Positions 9,968 through 18,786 of a stretch of DNA of 61,208 nucleotides are shown here, piece by piece. Both the position numbers and the translations under genes were made by a program. The stretch's first letter is position 1. Every line of letters begins with the position of its first letter. The notes under the pieces were generated by a model. That model saw only the letters and a program-made list of their open reading frames with translations, did no database searches and was not told the origin of the DNA. This stretch comes from a virus (taxonomy: Duplodnaviria > Heunggongvirae > Uroviricota > Caudoviricetes > Herelleviridae). The DNA is taken from the IMG/VR virus record IMGVR_UViG_2706796076_000001; one strand, given 5' to 3'.

Positions 9968-10876
9968 ATGGTAAACTCAATGTTCGGAGGTAATTTAGAC
10001 CCTTATGAAGGCTCTATGAATTATGAGTACCCTTACCACCCAGCAGGTAATCCTAAACATATTGATGTAAGTGAGATTGATAATATAACTATAGCAGATT
10101 ATGGATGGACTCCTGATGCTGTTAAAGCTTATATGTTTGGTATAACTGTACAGAATCCTGATACAGGACAACCTATGGGTGATGAATTTTATTATCATAT
10201 TTTAGAAAGAGCAATAAGTAAAGCAGAACATATACTGGATATATCTATCTTACCGGATATTCAAAATGAGTCTAGAGATTACTATGAAACAGAATTTAAT
10301 AGTTATATGTTTGTACATGCATATAAAAAACCAATATTACAAGTAGAGAATTTACAACTACAATTCAATGGTAGACCAATTTATCAGTATCCAGCTAACT
10401 GGTGGAAAGTAGAGCATTTAGCAGGTCATGTACAACTATTCCCTACAGCTTTAATGCAAACAGGACAATCTATGAGTTATGATGCAGTGTTTAGTGGGTA
10501 CCCTCAATTGGCAGGTGTATATCCTCCTAGTGGTGCTACTTTTGCTCCACAAATGATAAAACTTGATTATATATCAGGTATGCTACCTCGTAAACGAGCA
10601 GGTAGAACTAAACCTTGGGAGATACCACCAGAGCTAGAGCAATTAGTTGTTAAGTATGCATTAAAAGAGATTTATCAAGTATGGGGTAATTTAATCATAG
10701 GTGCAGGAATAGCAAATAAATCATTAGAAATAGACGGAATTTCTGAGACTATAGGTACTACACAATCAGCTATGTATGGTGGAGCTAGTGCTCAGATAAT
10801 TCAAATAGATTCAGATATAAAAGAGTTATTAGACGCTTTACGTTCTTATTTTGGAACTAATATGATAGGCGTTTAA
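9968..10876 (+). CDS. Head-tail connector/neck protein
   Basis: 302 aa, MVNSMFGGNLDPY... as in the K-like neck module. Confidence 0.8.
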   Translation: MVNSMFGGNLDPYEGSMNYEYPYHPAGNPKHIDVSEIDNITIADYGWTPDAVKAYMFGITVQNPDTGQPMGDEFYYHILERAISKAEHILDISILPDIQNESRDYYETEFNSYMFVHAYKKPILQVENLQLQFNGRPIYQYPANWWKVEHLAGHVQLFPTALMQTGQSMSYDAVFSGYPQLAGVYPPSGATFAPQMIKLDYISGMLPRKRAGRTKPWEIPPELEQLVVKYALKEIYQVWGNLIIGAGIANKSLEIDGISETIGTTQSAMYGGASAQIIQIDSDIKELLDALRSYFGTNMIGV

Positions 10877-10889
10877 GGAGTGAATTTAA

Positions 10890-11765
10890 TTGGAAAAACC
10901 ATATATGATTAGTCAAGGATTTAACGGAAATGTATTTAATAAATCTACTTCCTATGCTTATATAGGTGATGTAGACCAAGTAGAGAAAGAAAATAAAACA
11001 GCAAGATTAGAATTTGATACCAAAGATATGAGAAGATTTACAAAAGATAGAGGTATTAAAGTCTTGTGGGAGCGTGCATATTTTTGTACTTGTCTAAACC
11101 CAGAGACAGGTTCTCCTAGACTAGATTGTCCTAGATGTCATGGTAAAGGTATTGCATATTTACCAGCAGAAGAAACTCATATGATGATACAATCACAAGA
11201 GAAAGGAACACAAAATATAGACATCGGTTTAGTAGATACAGGTACAGCTATAGGAACAACAAAATTAGAAACTAGAGTTTCTTATAGAGATAGATTTACA
11301 GTACCTGAAGTGTTAATGCCTCAATCATTAGTCTATTTTGTAAATGGTGAACGTATTAAAAAAGGTATACCTTTATACTATGACGTTAAGGAAGTAACAT
11401 TTATAACTACTCAAGAAAAAGTATTAAATGAAGACGATTATAAGATAGAGAATGGTAGATTATTTTTAAATGAACAATTTAAAAATTCAACTGTTTCATT
11501 AAATATTTTAATGACTTTAAGATATGTTGTATCCGATATTTTAAAAGAAAGTAGATACCAATATACAACATTTAATGAACCAAAACCAAGATTTGAAAAC
11601 TTACCTCAAAAATTACTTCTTAAACGTGAAGACGTTATTGTACTACCAGACCCGTATGTAGTTAATGATGCTTTAGAAAAAGATATTGAATTACAAGTTG
11701 AAGACCCTAAAGCAAAATCAGGACAAGGTTCATTAGGTGGGTTCTTTAATGGAGCATTTAAATAA
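10890..11765 (+). CDS. Neck/head completion protein (TTG start)
   Basis: 291 aa with CxC...CPRCHGKG motif; conserved synteny. Confidence 0.78.
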   Translation: MEKPYMISQGFNGNVFNKSTSYAYIGDVDQVEKENKTARLEFDTKDMRRFTKDRGIKVLWERAYFCTCLNPETGSPRLDCPRCHGKGIAYLPAEETHMMIQSQEKGTQNIDIGLVDTGTAIGTTKLETRVSYRDRFTVPEVLMPQSLVYFVNGERIKKGIPLYYDVKEVTFITTQEKVLNEDDYKIENGRLFLNEQFKNSTVSLNILMTLRYVVSDILKESRYQYTTFNEPKPRFENLPQKLLLKREDVIVLPDPYVVNDALEKDIELQVEDPKAKSGQGSLGGFFNGAFK

Positions 11766-12400
11766 TGGCTAAAAAAGTAAAAGCTACTAAAAAACCTACT
11801 ATATTTAAGAATGGTAAGCAGGTAAGTAGGAAGACTATAGATTCAATGCGTTCTGATATACTCGATAAGCTACAAGCAACCGCACAGCAAGTAGATGACG
11901 TTTATATCAAACGTATGCCTACTTATTTAGAAGTGACAGAAAAGAAATTAGAAGAAAAAGGAGTAATAGACTTAAAAAAAGCCTTTGCTAAATCTTCTAA
12001 AAAAAGAAGAACTAAAAATGGTGGCTGGTACTTGATTGTACCAATACGTATAAAAACCAGTCGAATGAACAGAGATACTTATCAAGATATGCGTAAGTTA
12101 CAAATACCTTCAGGTAAAAGTTCAGCTAGTTCTTTAACATCATATTTACAAGCAGTGAGTAAAGGTAGAAATATAACTCACCCGTCAATGAAACCTAAAT
12201 CACCTAGTAATAACATGACTAAGGTAAGACGTAAACCTAAGAAGAAAGCTTCATACTTTATATTCAGAACAGTATCAAGTAAATCACCTTCTAGTGCTTG
12301 GGTATTAAACAGAGATAAAGTAAATAGTGATAATTTTTCTAAAACTACTTTAAATAACGTTAAAAACTTAATGAACTGGAAAATGAGAAATATAAGATAG
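11765..12400 (+). CDS. Basic tail completion-type protein
   Basis: 211 aa, K/R-rich; translationally coupled to the upstream gene. Confidence 0.7.
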   Translation: MAKKVKATKKPTIFKNGKQVSRKTIDSMRSDILDKLQATAQQVDDVYIKRMPTYLEVTEKKLEEKGVIDLKKAFAKSSKKRRTKNGGWYLIVPIRIKTSRMNRDTYQDMRKLQIPSGKSSASSLTSYLQAVSKGRNITHPSMKPKSPSNNMTKVRRKPKKKASYFIFRTVSSKSPSSAWVLNRDKVNSDNFSKTTLNNVKNLMNWKMRNIR

Positions 12401-12415
12401 TAAGGAGGTATATTA

Positions 12416-13273
12416 ATGGCTATATCATCAGTAGATTCATATTTATTAAAAGAAATTAAGCCTAGATTACGTACAGTGCTAGACAATTGTTATATTATAA
12501 ATGAAGTTTTAAAAGACTTTGATGAACAAGCTAGAAATAACTTTATAGAATCTTTTTGTGGTAAAAATGCACAACGTGAAATTACTATAGGGTATAACTT
12601 TCCAGAATTTAAAACCAACCATGAAGCTCATTACCTTATCCAATTAGGACAAGGGCAAGAAGTAGGAACAGCTCTTGGTGGAGTTCAAGGTAGTTATTTT
12701 GAAAATAGTAATAATACTTATGTTGAGAATTCAGTAGCACAAAGAGAAGGAGATAAGCTAGTATTTACAGTAAGTAATCCAATTCATTCAGTAATTAATG
12801 TAGATGATGTAGTATTTGCTAAAGCTGATGATATGAAAGTTAAAGATAATAAAATCTACTTTAATTATAACTTTAATGAAGATTATGAAGGGTATAACGC
12901 TATAATTACTTACGTTGAAAAAACAGATGATACTAAAGGTATTGTAAAAGGTATGAATGTAGAAGAAAGTATTACAGTAGTAGGATTATCATATAATGTT
13001 GATGTTGCTAGATGTATGGATGCTGTATTAAGAATGATATTAATATCTATGCGTGATAGTATTGAAGAGCAACAAACATTTCAACTACAGAAGTTAAGTT
13101 TTGGTGATTTAGCACCAATTATTGATAACGGTAGTGATTATATTTTTGGAAGACCTACAATTATTAGTTATACTTCATCTTCTGATTTAGATTATACAAT
13201 AACACAAGAAATAAATAAGATAACCTTTAAAGAGAGGGCTGTAAATAATGGCACAAGCAAAGAAATCAACTAA
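12416..13273 (+). CDS. Tail terminator/neck structural protein
   Basis: 285 aa, MAISSVDSYL... conserved upstream of the sheath gene. Confidence 0.72.
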   Translation: MAISSVDSYLLKEIKPRLRTVLDNCYIINEVLKDFDEQARNNFIESFCGKNAQREITIGYNFPEFKTNHEAHYLIQLGQGQEVGTALGGVQGSYFENSNNTYVENSVAQREGDKLVFTVSNPIHSVINVDDVVFAKADDMKVKDNKIYFNYNFNEDYEGYNAIITYVEKTDDTKGIVKGMNVEESITVVGLSYNVDVARCMDAVLRMILISMRDSIEEQQTFQLQKLSFGDLAPIIDNGSDYIFGRPTIISYTSSSDLDYTITQEINKITFKERAVNNGTSKEIN

Positions 13274-13469
13274 AAAAAGTAATAAATCATCTTTTAATGG
13301 TTATATTCATATTGATACTTTTATTGATATTGCTAAAGTTATGTTTGGTTTAACACCAGGACAAGCTGAAGGATTTAAAGCATATATGAATGGTAAACAT
13401 TACCAGTATAAAGATGAAGATTTTTTACCTTACCTGGAAGAGTATACAGGTAAGAAATTTGATATTTAA
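13248..13469 (+). CDS. Small conserved protein before tail sheath
   Basis: 73 aa; conserved synteny. Confidence 0.7.
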   Translation: MAQAKKSTKKSNKSSFNGYIHIDTFIDIAKVMFGLTPGQAEGFKAYMNGKHYQYKDEDFLPYLEEYTGKKFDI

Positions 13470-13488
13470 AGATAGGAGAATTTAGAAT

Positions 13489-15273
13489 ATGGCAAATGAT
13501 TATAAAGAAGTATTCCCACGTAGACCTATTACGAGACCTCATGCTACTATTGAAGTAGATTCATCAGGTATCGGCGGTTCAGCAAGTGCCAGTGAAAAAA
13601 CTTTAATGTTAATTGGTAAAGCTGAAGGCGGGGAACCTAACCAAGTTTATAAATTACGTAACTATTCACAAGCAAAACGTACTTTCCGTTCAGGTGAGCT
13701 TTTAGACGCTATTGAATTAGCTTGGGGTTCTAATCCTAACTACACAGCAGGTCAAATTTTTGCAATGCGTGTAGAAGACGCTAAGCCAGCATCTGTTGAA
13801 AAAGGCGGTTTACGTATCGTATCAGATATTTACGGTAATGCGTCTAATAATATTCAAGTAGCTCTAGAGAAAAACAACTTAAGTAAATCATTACGTTTGC
13901 GTTTGATTTTTGAAAACGACAGATTTAATGAAGTTTATGACAACATTGGTAATATCTTTACAGTTAAATATACTGGTGAAGAGCCTAAAGCTACTGTTTC
14001 TGTAATCCATGATGATGAAACACAAAAAGCTGAAAGTCTAGTATTAAAAGTTGGAGATAATGTTGTTAAATCGTATGACTTAAGTGGTGGTTTATATAAA
14101 TACACTAACGAAGTTATTACAGATATTAATCAACTACCAGACTTTGAAGCTAAGTTATCACCTTTTGGAGATAAAAACATTGAAAGTACATTACTTGACC
14201 CAGTAGAAGATTTAGATGTTACAGATAAAGGTGCTTATGTAACAGCTATTTTTGGTGACTTACAAAAACAAACTGAATATAATGGTTTAATTCATTTTGA
14301 ACGAGTACCAGAAGACGTATCTAATTCAAGTGATGTAACAGTAGATGCTGGAGAAGACAATGCCACAGTAACAGCAACAACAGAAGAAGGTGCAAAATTT
14401 AAAACTATTGAACCTTTCGAGTTAACTAAACTTGAAGGTGGTACTAACGGAGAAGAGCCTACAAGCTGGGCTGATAAATTTGAGAAATTTGCTCACTTAG
14501 GTGGATACTATATCGTACCATTATCTTCTCGTGAATCTGTACATGCAGAAGTAGCTCACTTTGTTAGAGAACGTTCAGATGCAGGGGAACCTATGAGAGC
14601 TATAGTAGGTGGAGGAATAGCAGAACATAAAGAAAAACTTTATGGAAGAGCTTCTTCATTAATGAATCCTCGAGTATCTCTAATCGCTAACAGTGCTACT
14701 TTAGGTATGGAAAATGGTCGTAAATTACATGCACCAGCTTACATGGTAGCAAGTGCTGTAGCAGGTCTAGCTTCAGGTTTAGGTATCGGAGAATCAATTA
14801 CATTTAAACACTTGCATGTCAATGGTTTAGATAACATTTATGATTCTACTGACCTAGATGAATTAAATGAAAATGGTATTATTAGTATCGAGTTTGTTCG
14901 TAATAGAACTGTTACAAACTTCCGTATTGTAGAAGATGTAACTACTTACAATGATATGTCTGACCCTATTAAGTCAGAAATGGCTGTAGGGGAAGCTAAT
15001 GACTTCTTAGTTTCTGAATTGAAGAGAGAATTAGAAGATGAGTTCATTGGTACACGAACAATTAATACAAGTGCTTCAATTATGAAAGACTTTGTAATCT
15101 CTTACCTAGAACGTAAGAAACGTGACAATGAAATTCAAGACTTCCCACCAGAAGATGTACAAGTTATTATCGAAGGTAAAGAAGCTAGAATCTCATTAAC
15201 TATTTACCCTATCAGAAGCATTAAGAAAATTTCTGTAAGTCTTGTTTATAAACAACAAGCATTACAAGCCTAA
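13489..15273 (+). CDS. Tail sheath protein
   Basis: 594 aa; FPRRPITRPHA start and IKKISVSLVYKQQALQA end, typical of Twort-like sheaths. Confidence 0.95.
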   Translation: MANDYKEVFPRRPITRPHATIEVDSSGIGGSASASEKTLMLIGKAEGGEPNQVYKLRNYSQAKRTFRSGELLDAIELAWGSNPNYTAGQIFAMRVEDAKPASVEKGGLRIVSDIYGNASNNIQVALEKNNLSKSLRLRLIFENDRFNEVYDNIGNIFTVKYTGEEPKATVSVIHDDETQKAESLVLKVGDNVVKSYDLSGGLYKYTNEVITDINQLPDFEAKLSPFGDKNIESTLLDPVEDLDVTDKGAYVTAIFGDLQKQTEYNGLIHFERVPEDVSNSSDVTVDAGEDNATVTATTEEGAKFKTIEPFELTKLEGGTNGEEPTSWADKFEKFAHLGGYYIVPLSSRESVHAEVAHFVRERSDAGEPMRAIVGGGIAEHKEKLYGRASSLMNPRVSLIANSATLGMENGRKLHAPAYMVASAVAGLASGLGIGESITFKHLHVNGLDNIYDSTDLDELNENGIISIEFVRNRTVTNFRIVEDVTTYNDMSDPIKSEMAVGEANDFLVSELKRELEDEFIGTRTINTSASIMKDFVISYLERKKRDNEIQDFPPEDVQVIIEGKEARISLTIYPIRSIKKISVSLVYKQQALQA

Positions 15274-15332
15274 TTAGGCTCTATTGAGGAGCCTAATGGC
15301 TCCTCTATATAAAATATAGGAGAGTGAATTAA

Positions 15333-15677
15333 ATGGCATCACAAGCTAAACAAACAGTCCATACTGGTAATACCGTATTGTTGTATATTAAAGGTAAACC
15401 AGTAGGAAGAGCACAATCAGCAAGTGGTAGACGTGAATACGGAACTACTGGTGTGTATGAAATTGGTTCAATCATGCCACAAGAACACGTTTACTTAAAA
15501 TATGAAGGTACGTTAACAGTAGAACGTTTACGTATGAAAAAAGAAAACTTTGCAAAATTAGGATATGCTTCACTAGGTGAAGAAATTCTTAAAAAAGATA
15601 TTATCGACATTCTTGTTATTGATAATTTAACTAAACAAGTGATTATCAGTTACCATGGCTGTAGTGCTAATAACTAT
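15333..15677 (+). CDS. Tail tube protein, exon 1 (115 codons)
   Basis: MASQAKQTVHTGNTV...YHGCSANNY; ends in U15677. Confidence 0.93.
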
Positions 15678-16009
15678 GAAAAAGATTGTAGCTTCTAAGA
15701 GTAATCTTAGTCGAAAAACTTTTCTAAACAGGGAAGCCTAAGTGTATAAAACATAAGGTAATCTTGTGCTAAATCAGTTTATAATAAACTGTAAATGCCA
15801 AACGACTAACTGAAACCTACTTATAATAATAAGGGAAGTAAGTGTACAACCAAGCGGTCAGGGTGTGAAGTAATTATTCTATAAATCCTTGCTAAGTGGA
15901 AAAGAAAAGAGTCCTTAAATGGATTATGATATAGTCTGAACTATATGGAAACATATAGAAGTTCATAAGAGAACTGGTAATGACTAGCGACCATTATCGA
16001 ACGAAATTG
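15678..16009 (+). ncRNA. ORF-less group I intron 1 of tail tube gene (332 nt)
   Basis: P1 CUAU/GUAG (15688-15691); GACUA 15804-15808; UAGUC 15932-15936; GAAA-capped P9; terminal G16009. Confidence 0.9.
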
Positions 16010-16038
16010 AATGAAGAATGGAGAACTAATGAAATCGT
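16010..16038 (+). CDS. Tail tube protein, 29-nt micro-exon 2
   Basis: Encodes NEEWRTNEI(V), corresponding to the recalled K-like NETWQTNEIV. Confidence 0.9.
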
Positions 16039-16356
16039 AAATAAATTGCGACCTTAAAGAGTAATCTTTATTGAATAATTTATCTAATTCATGGAACACC
16101 CTAACGTAAAGACGAGGGCAATCATGAGCTAAGCTCTTTATTTAAAGAGAAAGTGCAACGACTATCCTTGGAACGGACATGAAAATTGTCAATAGGAGTA
16201 GGGCTCAAGTTAATGGAGTAGGTGAGAATCCTTTAAATCGAAATGGTAAAAATCCTATATAAAAAATAGGATTGTGATATAGTCTAGACTTATAGGAAAC
16301 TATGAGAAGTTCATAAGAGAACTGATAGAGTGTTACGAACTCTATTGAATATAACG
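16039..16356 (+). ncRNA. ORF-less group I intron 2 of tail tube gene (318 nt)
   Basis: P1 UCGU/GCGA (16048-16051); GACUA 16160-16164; UAGUC 16280-16284; terminal G16356. Confidence 0.9.
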
Positions 16357-16405
16357 AACTGAAGAAATTGAGTTCTCGTACTTAACAGCTTCAGATAAAG
16401 CTTAA
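16357..16405 (+). CDS. Tail tube protein, exon 3 (spliced product 140 aa)
   Basis: TEEIEFSYLTASDKA*, the canonical tube C-terminus. Confidence 0.92.
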
Positions 16406-16414
16406 TTTCTAAGT

Positions 16415-16446
16415 AAATAGACCAGGATTAAATTCTTGGTCTATTT
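16415..16446 (+). terminator. Terminator hairpin after tail tube gene
   Basis: 13-bp stem AAATAGACCAGGA / TCTTGGTCTATTT. Confidence 0.7.
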
Positions 16447-16449
16447 AAC

Positions 16450-16478
16450 TTGACAAAATACAAATGAAATGGTAACAT
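16450..16478 (+). promoter_or_regulatory. Sigma70-type promoter of the endonuclease gene
   Basis: TTGACA-N17-TAACAT with extended -10 TG. Confidence 0.65.
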
Positions 16479-16509
16479 AAGATTAACATTAAATAAGGAG
16501 AAATTTTAT

Positions 16510-17448
16510 ATGACAGGATACAAATTAAAAAGTTATGGTGAAAGGATTATAGAAACTATATTAACAGAAAATAATATAAATTATGTAAGTGAAAAAAGTA
16601 TAAATACAGGTAGAAAAAGACCACAAAGGATAGATTTTTACATAAAGGTAAAAGGTAAATATTATGCAATAGAATACCAAGGAGAGCAACATTTTAAAGA
16701 AACTACAGGTGCATGGTCTAGTAAACCGTTAGAGTATGTTCAGATGTTAGATAATGTTAAATATGAATATTGTAAAAGAAATAATATAAATGTTTTATAT
16801 ATTAATTATCCTAACCTAGATAAAAAAGATATTTTATGTCAAATAGAAGATTTTTTAGGTATTAAATTAAAATACACAGAAGGAATTAGAGATTTTTATA
16901 TAGGTACAGAGAAAGAGAAAGAAGTAATAGAATTTTATTTAAATCATTCTGAAAAAGAAACACAAGAAGAATTTGATATGACAAAAAATGAAGTTAAAGG
17001 ATTAATGAGACGAAGAGGTATTATTAAAAGATTTAAAAGAGTTATAGGTCTAAATATAAAAACTTTAGAAGAAGTAAAGTTTGACACATTAAAAGACGCT
17101 CAGGAATGGCTAGGTTCTAGCGGTATTAGAGGCTGTGTTACAGGTGATAGAAAAACATGTTGTGGTTATGTATGGAGATATGAAGATGAAGATTTTTCCT
17201 ATAGAGCTAAAACTATAACAGATAAACGTATTAAAGTATATGTAGCTAAAAAAGGGAATGAAGTAATAAAATTACCTTTACAAATGTTATCATCAAAATA
17301 TGGACTACCTAAAGCTAACGTAGTAGGTTGTGTTAAAGGTAAGTATAAAACTGTTAAAGGGTATACTATTAGAGAAGCTACAAAAAAAGAACAAGAAGAA
17401 ACATTAAGTAGTATAAGTTATATAGATTACATTCAAAGTTTTAAATAA
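16510..17448 (+). CDS. Free-standing putative homing endonuclease (Vsr/DUF559-like nuclease plus two NUMOD1-like repeats)
   Basis: SYGERII...RIDFYI...AIEYQGEQHF...DNVKYEYC nuclease motifs; C-terminal repeats GCVTGDRKTCCGYVWRY and GCVKGKYKTVKGYTIRE. Confidence 0.75.
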   Translation: MTGYKLKSYGERIIETILTENNINYVSEKSINTGRKRPQRIDFYIKVKGKYYAIEYQGEQHFKETTGAWSSKPLEYVQMLDNVKYEYCKRNNINVLYINYPNLDKKDILCQIEDFLGIKLKYTEGIRDFYIGTEKEKEVIEFYLNHSEKETQEEFDMTKNEVKGLMRRRGIIKRFKRVIGLNIKTLEEVKFDTLKDAQEWLGSSGIRGCVTGDRKTCCGYVWRYEDEDFSYRAKTITDKRIKVYVAKKGNEVIKLPLQMLSSKYGLPKANVVGCVKGKYKTVKGYTIREATKKEQEETLSSISYIDYIQSFK

Positions 17449-17451
17449 CCC

Positions 17452-17480
17452 TTGACAACCATCAAGGGTTAAATTATAAT
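17452..17480 (+). promoter_or_regulatory. Consensus sigma70 promoter; the -35 box overlaps a 10-bp inverted repeat (17446-17471)
   Basis: TTGACA-N17-TATAAT; arms TAACCCTTGA and TCAAGGGTTA. Confidence 0.85.
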
Positions 17481-17504
17481 TACAAAAAGAAAGGAAGGAT
17501 TATC

Positions 17505-17639
17505 TTGACAAATAGAAAAAGTATTGGTAAGATGAGTAAGACAAGAGCAACATGGCATATAAAACCATATACTCAAGTTAAAAAAGATAAGACTAAATAT
17601 ACTAGAAAAAGAAAACATAAGAAAAGAGATGATTATTAA
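17505..17639 (+). CDS. 44-aa highly basic peptide (TTG start; absent from ORF track), ArfA/BrfA-like candidate
   Basis: AAGGAAGG RBS; MTNRKSIGKMSKTRATWHIKPYTQVKKDKTKYTRKRKHKKRDDY; its stop overlaps the next ATG. The ORF is well supported; the function is inferred. Confidence 0.75.
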   Translation: MTNRKSIGKMSKTRATWHIKPYTQVKKDKTKYTRKRKHKKRDDY

Positions 17640-18100
17640 TGGGTAAAACATTTTATTCAAAGAGAAGAACAACTTGTAAGAGCAGACAAAAAAAGAAACA
17701 TATAAACCAAATGAGTACACAAGAATTACTTCATTGTAAAAATTTATTACAGTATTCTTTGATTATTAATGATAAGTTCATTTTAACAAAACACACTAAA
17801 GATAAACTTAAAACATTCCTTAACTTAGGAAAATTAAAAGGTATGATTTATTCAGATAGTTTTAATTTAGATAATATTATAGAATATAATGAAACAGTCT
17901 TAGGTGAAAATACATATAAAAGAGTATTAGTTAGACATCCAGAAATTGTCACAGTAGAAAATCAAGTATGTTATCAATACTGTGTAATAGAAATTCAAAC
18001 AGGTAAGATAATTACAGTGTATTATAATAAAACACATGATAGTCATAAAACATTAGATTTAAGTTATTACGATGAGAGTTTAAAAATTATTAAGAGGTGA
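17639..18100 (+). CDS. Hypothetical protein, possible DUF4258/RelE-like fold
   Basis: 153 aa with FILTKHTKDKL...RVLVRH...KIITVYY pattern. Confidence 0.65.
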   Translation: MGKTFYSKRRTTCKSRQKKKHINQMSTQELLHCKNLLQYSLIINDKFILTKHTKDKLKTFLNLGKLKGMIYSDSFNLDNIIEYNETVLGENTYKRVLVRHPEIVTVENQVCYQYCVIEIQTGKIITVYYNKTHDSHKTLDLSYYDESLKIIKR

Positions 18101-18104
18101 TTAT

Positions 18105-18302
18105 ATGGAGTTAATAGAAATTTATTTTATTATTCTGAATGTACTTATTATTATTGTATCTAACATAGTATTAATATCGTTTACAATTATTAATAAAGAT
18201 AGAGGAGACGTAAGTAAGTATTATGGTATTTCTATTGGATTAATTATTGCATGGATTATTACTAATATACCATATTGGATTATCGTAATTTTTTACATGT
18301 AA
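18105..18302 (+). CDS. Small two-helix membrane protein
   Basis: 65 aa, two hydrophobic segments; GAGGTGA RBS. Confidence 0.7.
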   Translation: MELIEIYFIILNVLIIIVSNIVLISFTIINKDRGDVSKYYGISIGLIIAWIITNIPYWIIVIFYM

Positions 18303-18305
18303 ATG

Positions 18306-18334
18306 TTGACAAACTAATAAAGAGAAGATATAAT
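18306..18334 (+). promoter_or_regulatory. Consensus sigma70 promoter
   Basis: TTGACA-N17-TATAAT. Confidence 0.85.
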
Positions 18335-18367
18335 AAACTTATAAATAATTAAAGGAGATTGATTTAA

Positions 18368-18661
18368 ATGAAATTAACACAAGTAAGATTTGAAATGGAA
18401 AAAGAATTAAAAGATTTCCCAGAAGGTAATAGTAAATATGATGCAATTAAAGTAAATAGTATTTTAGATATTTTTAAAGAATCAGTTAAAAAGGTTGAAA
18501 AGATAACTCGTAAATATATCAAAGGACAAGAAGTACTTACTATTGATTATAAGTACTATGATTCTTTACAAGAATATTATGATTATTTACTACATAATAA
18601 AGAAGGTATTAAACAAGGGCTAGAAGAAATTGTAGAGTATACAAAAAACTTGGAAAAGTAA
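18368..18661 (+). CDS. Hypothetical protein
   Basis: 97 aa; AGGAGA RBS; own promoter. Confidence 0.75.
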   Translation: MKLTQVRFEMEKELKDFPEGNSKYDAIKVNSILDIFKESVKKVEKITRKYIKGQEVLTIDYKYYDSLQEYYDYLLHNKEGIKQGLEEIVEYTKNLEK

Positions 18662-18703
18662 TTTTGATATTTGATTAAAATGTGATATAATAAAATTAAT
18701 ACA

Positions 18704-18755
18704 AAACCTATACTATCTGTTATATTAATTATGAATAATTAAATAGTATAGGTTT
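18704..18755 (+). promoter_or_regulatory. Putative late promoter TGTTATATTA (18718-18727) inside a perfect 13-bp inverted repeat
   Basis: Arms AAACCTATACTAT and ATAGTATAGGTTT; 24-nt identity (18714-18737) with 37667-37690. Confidence 0.6.
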
Positions 18756-18786
18756 ATTTTACGTTAAAAAGGAAGGTAAATTTATT

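Noticed and set aside
12178-12486. 102-aa plus-strand ORF overlapping two neck genes
   Set aside because: Out of frame across two conserved genes; no independent support.
15678-15698. Track C-terminus EKDCSF of the tail tube
   Set aside because: Read-through into intron 1; the real C-terminus is in exons 2 and 3.
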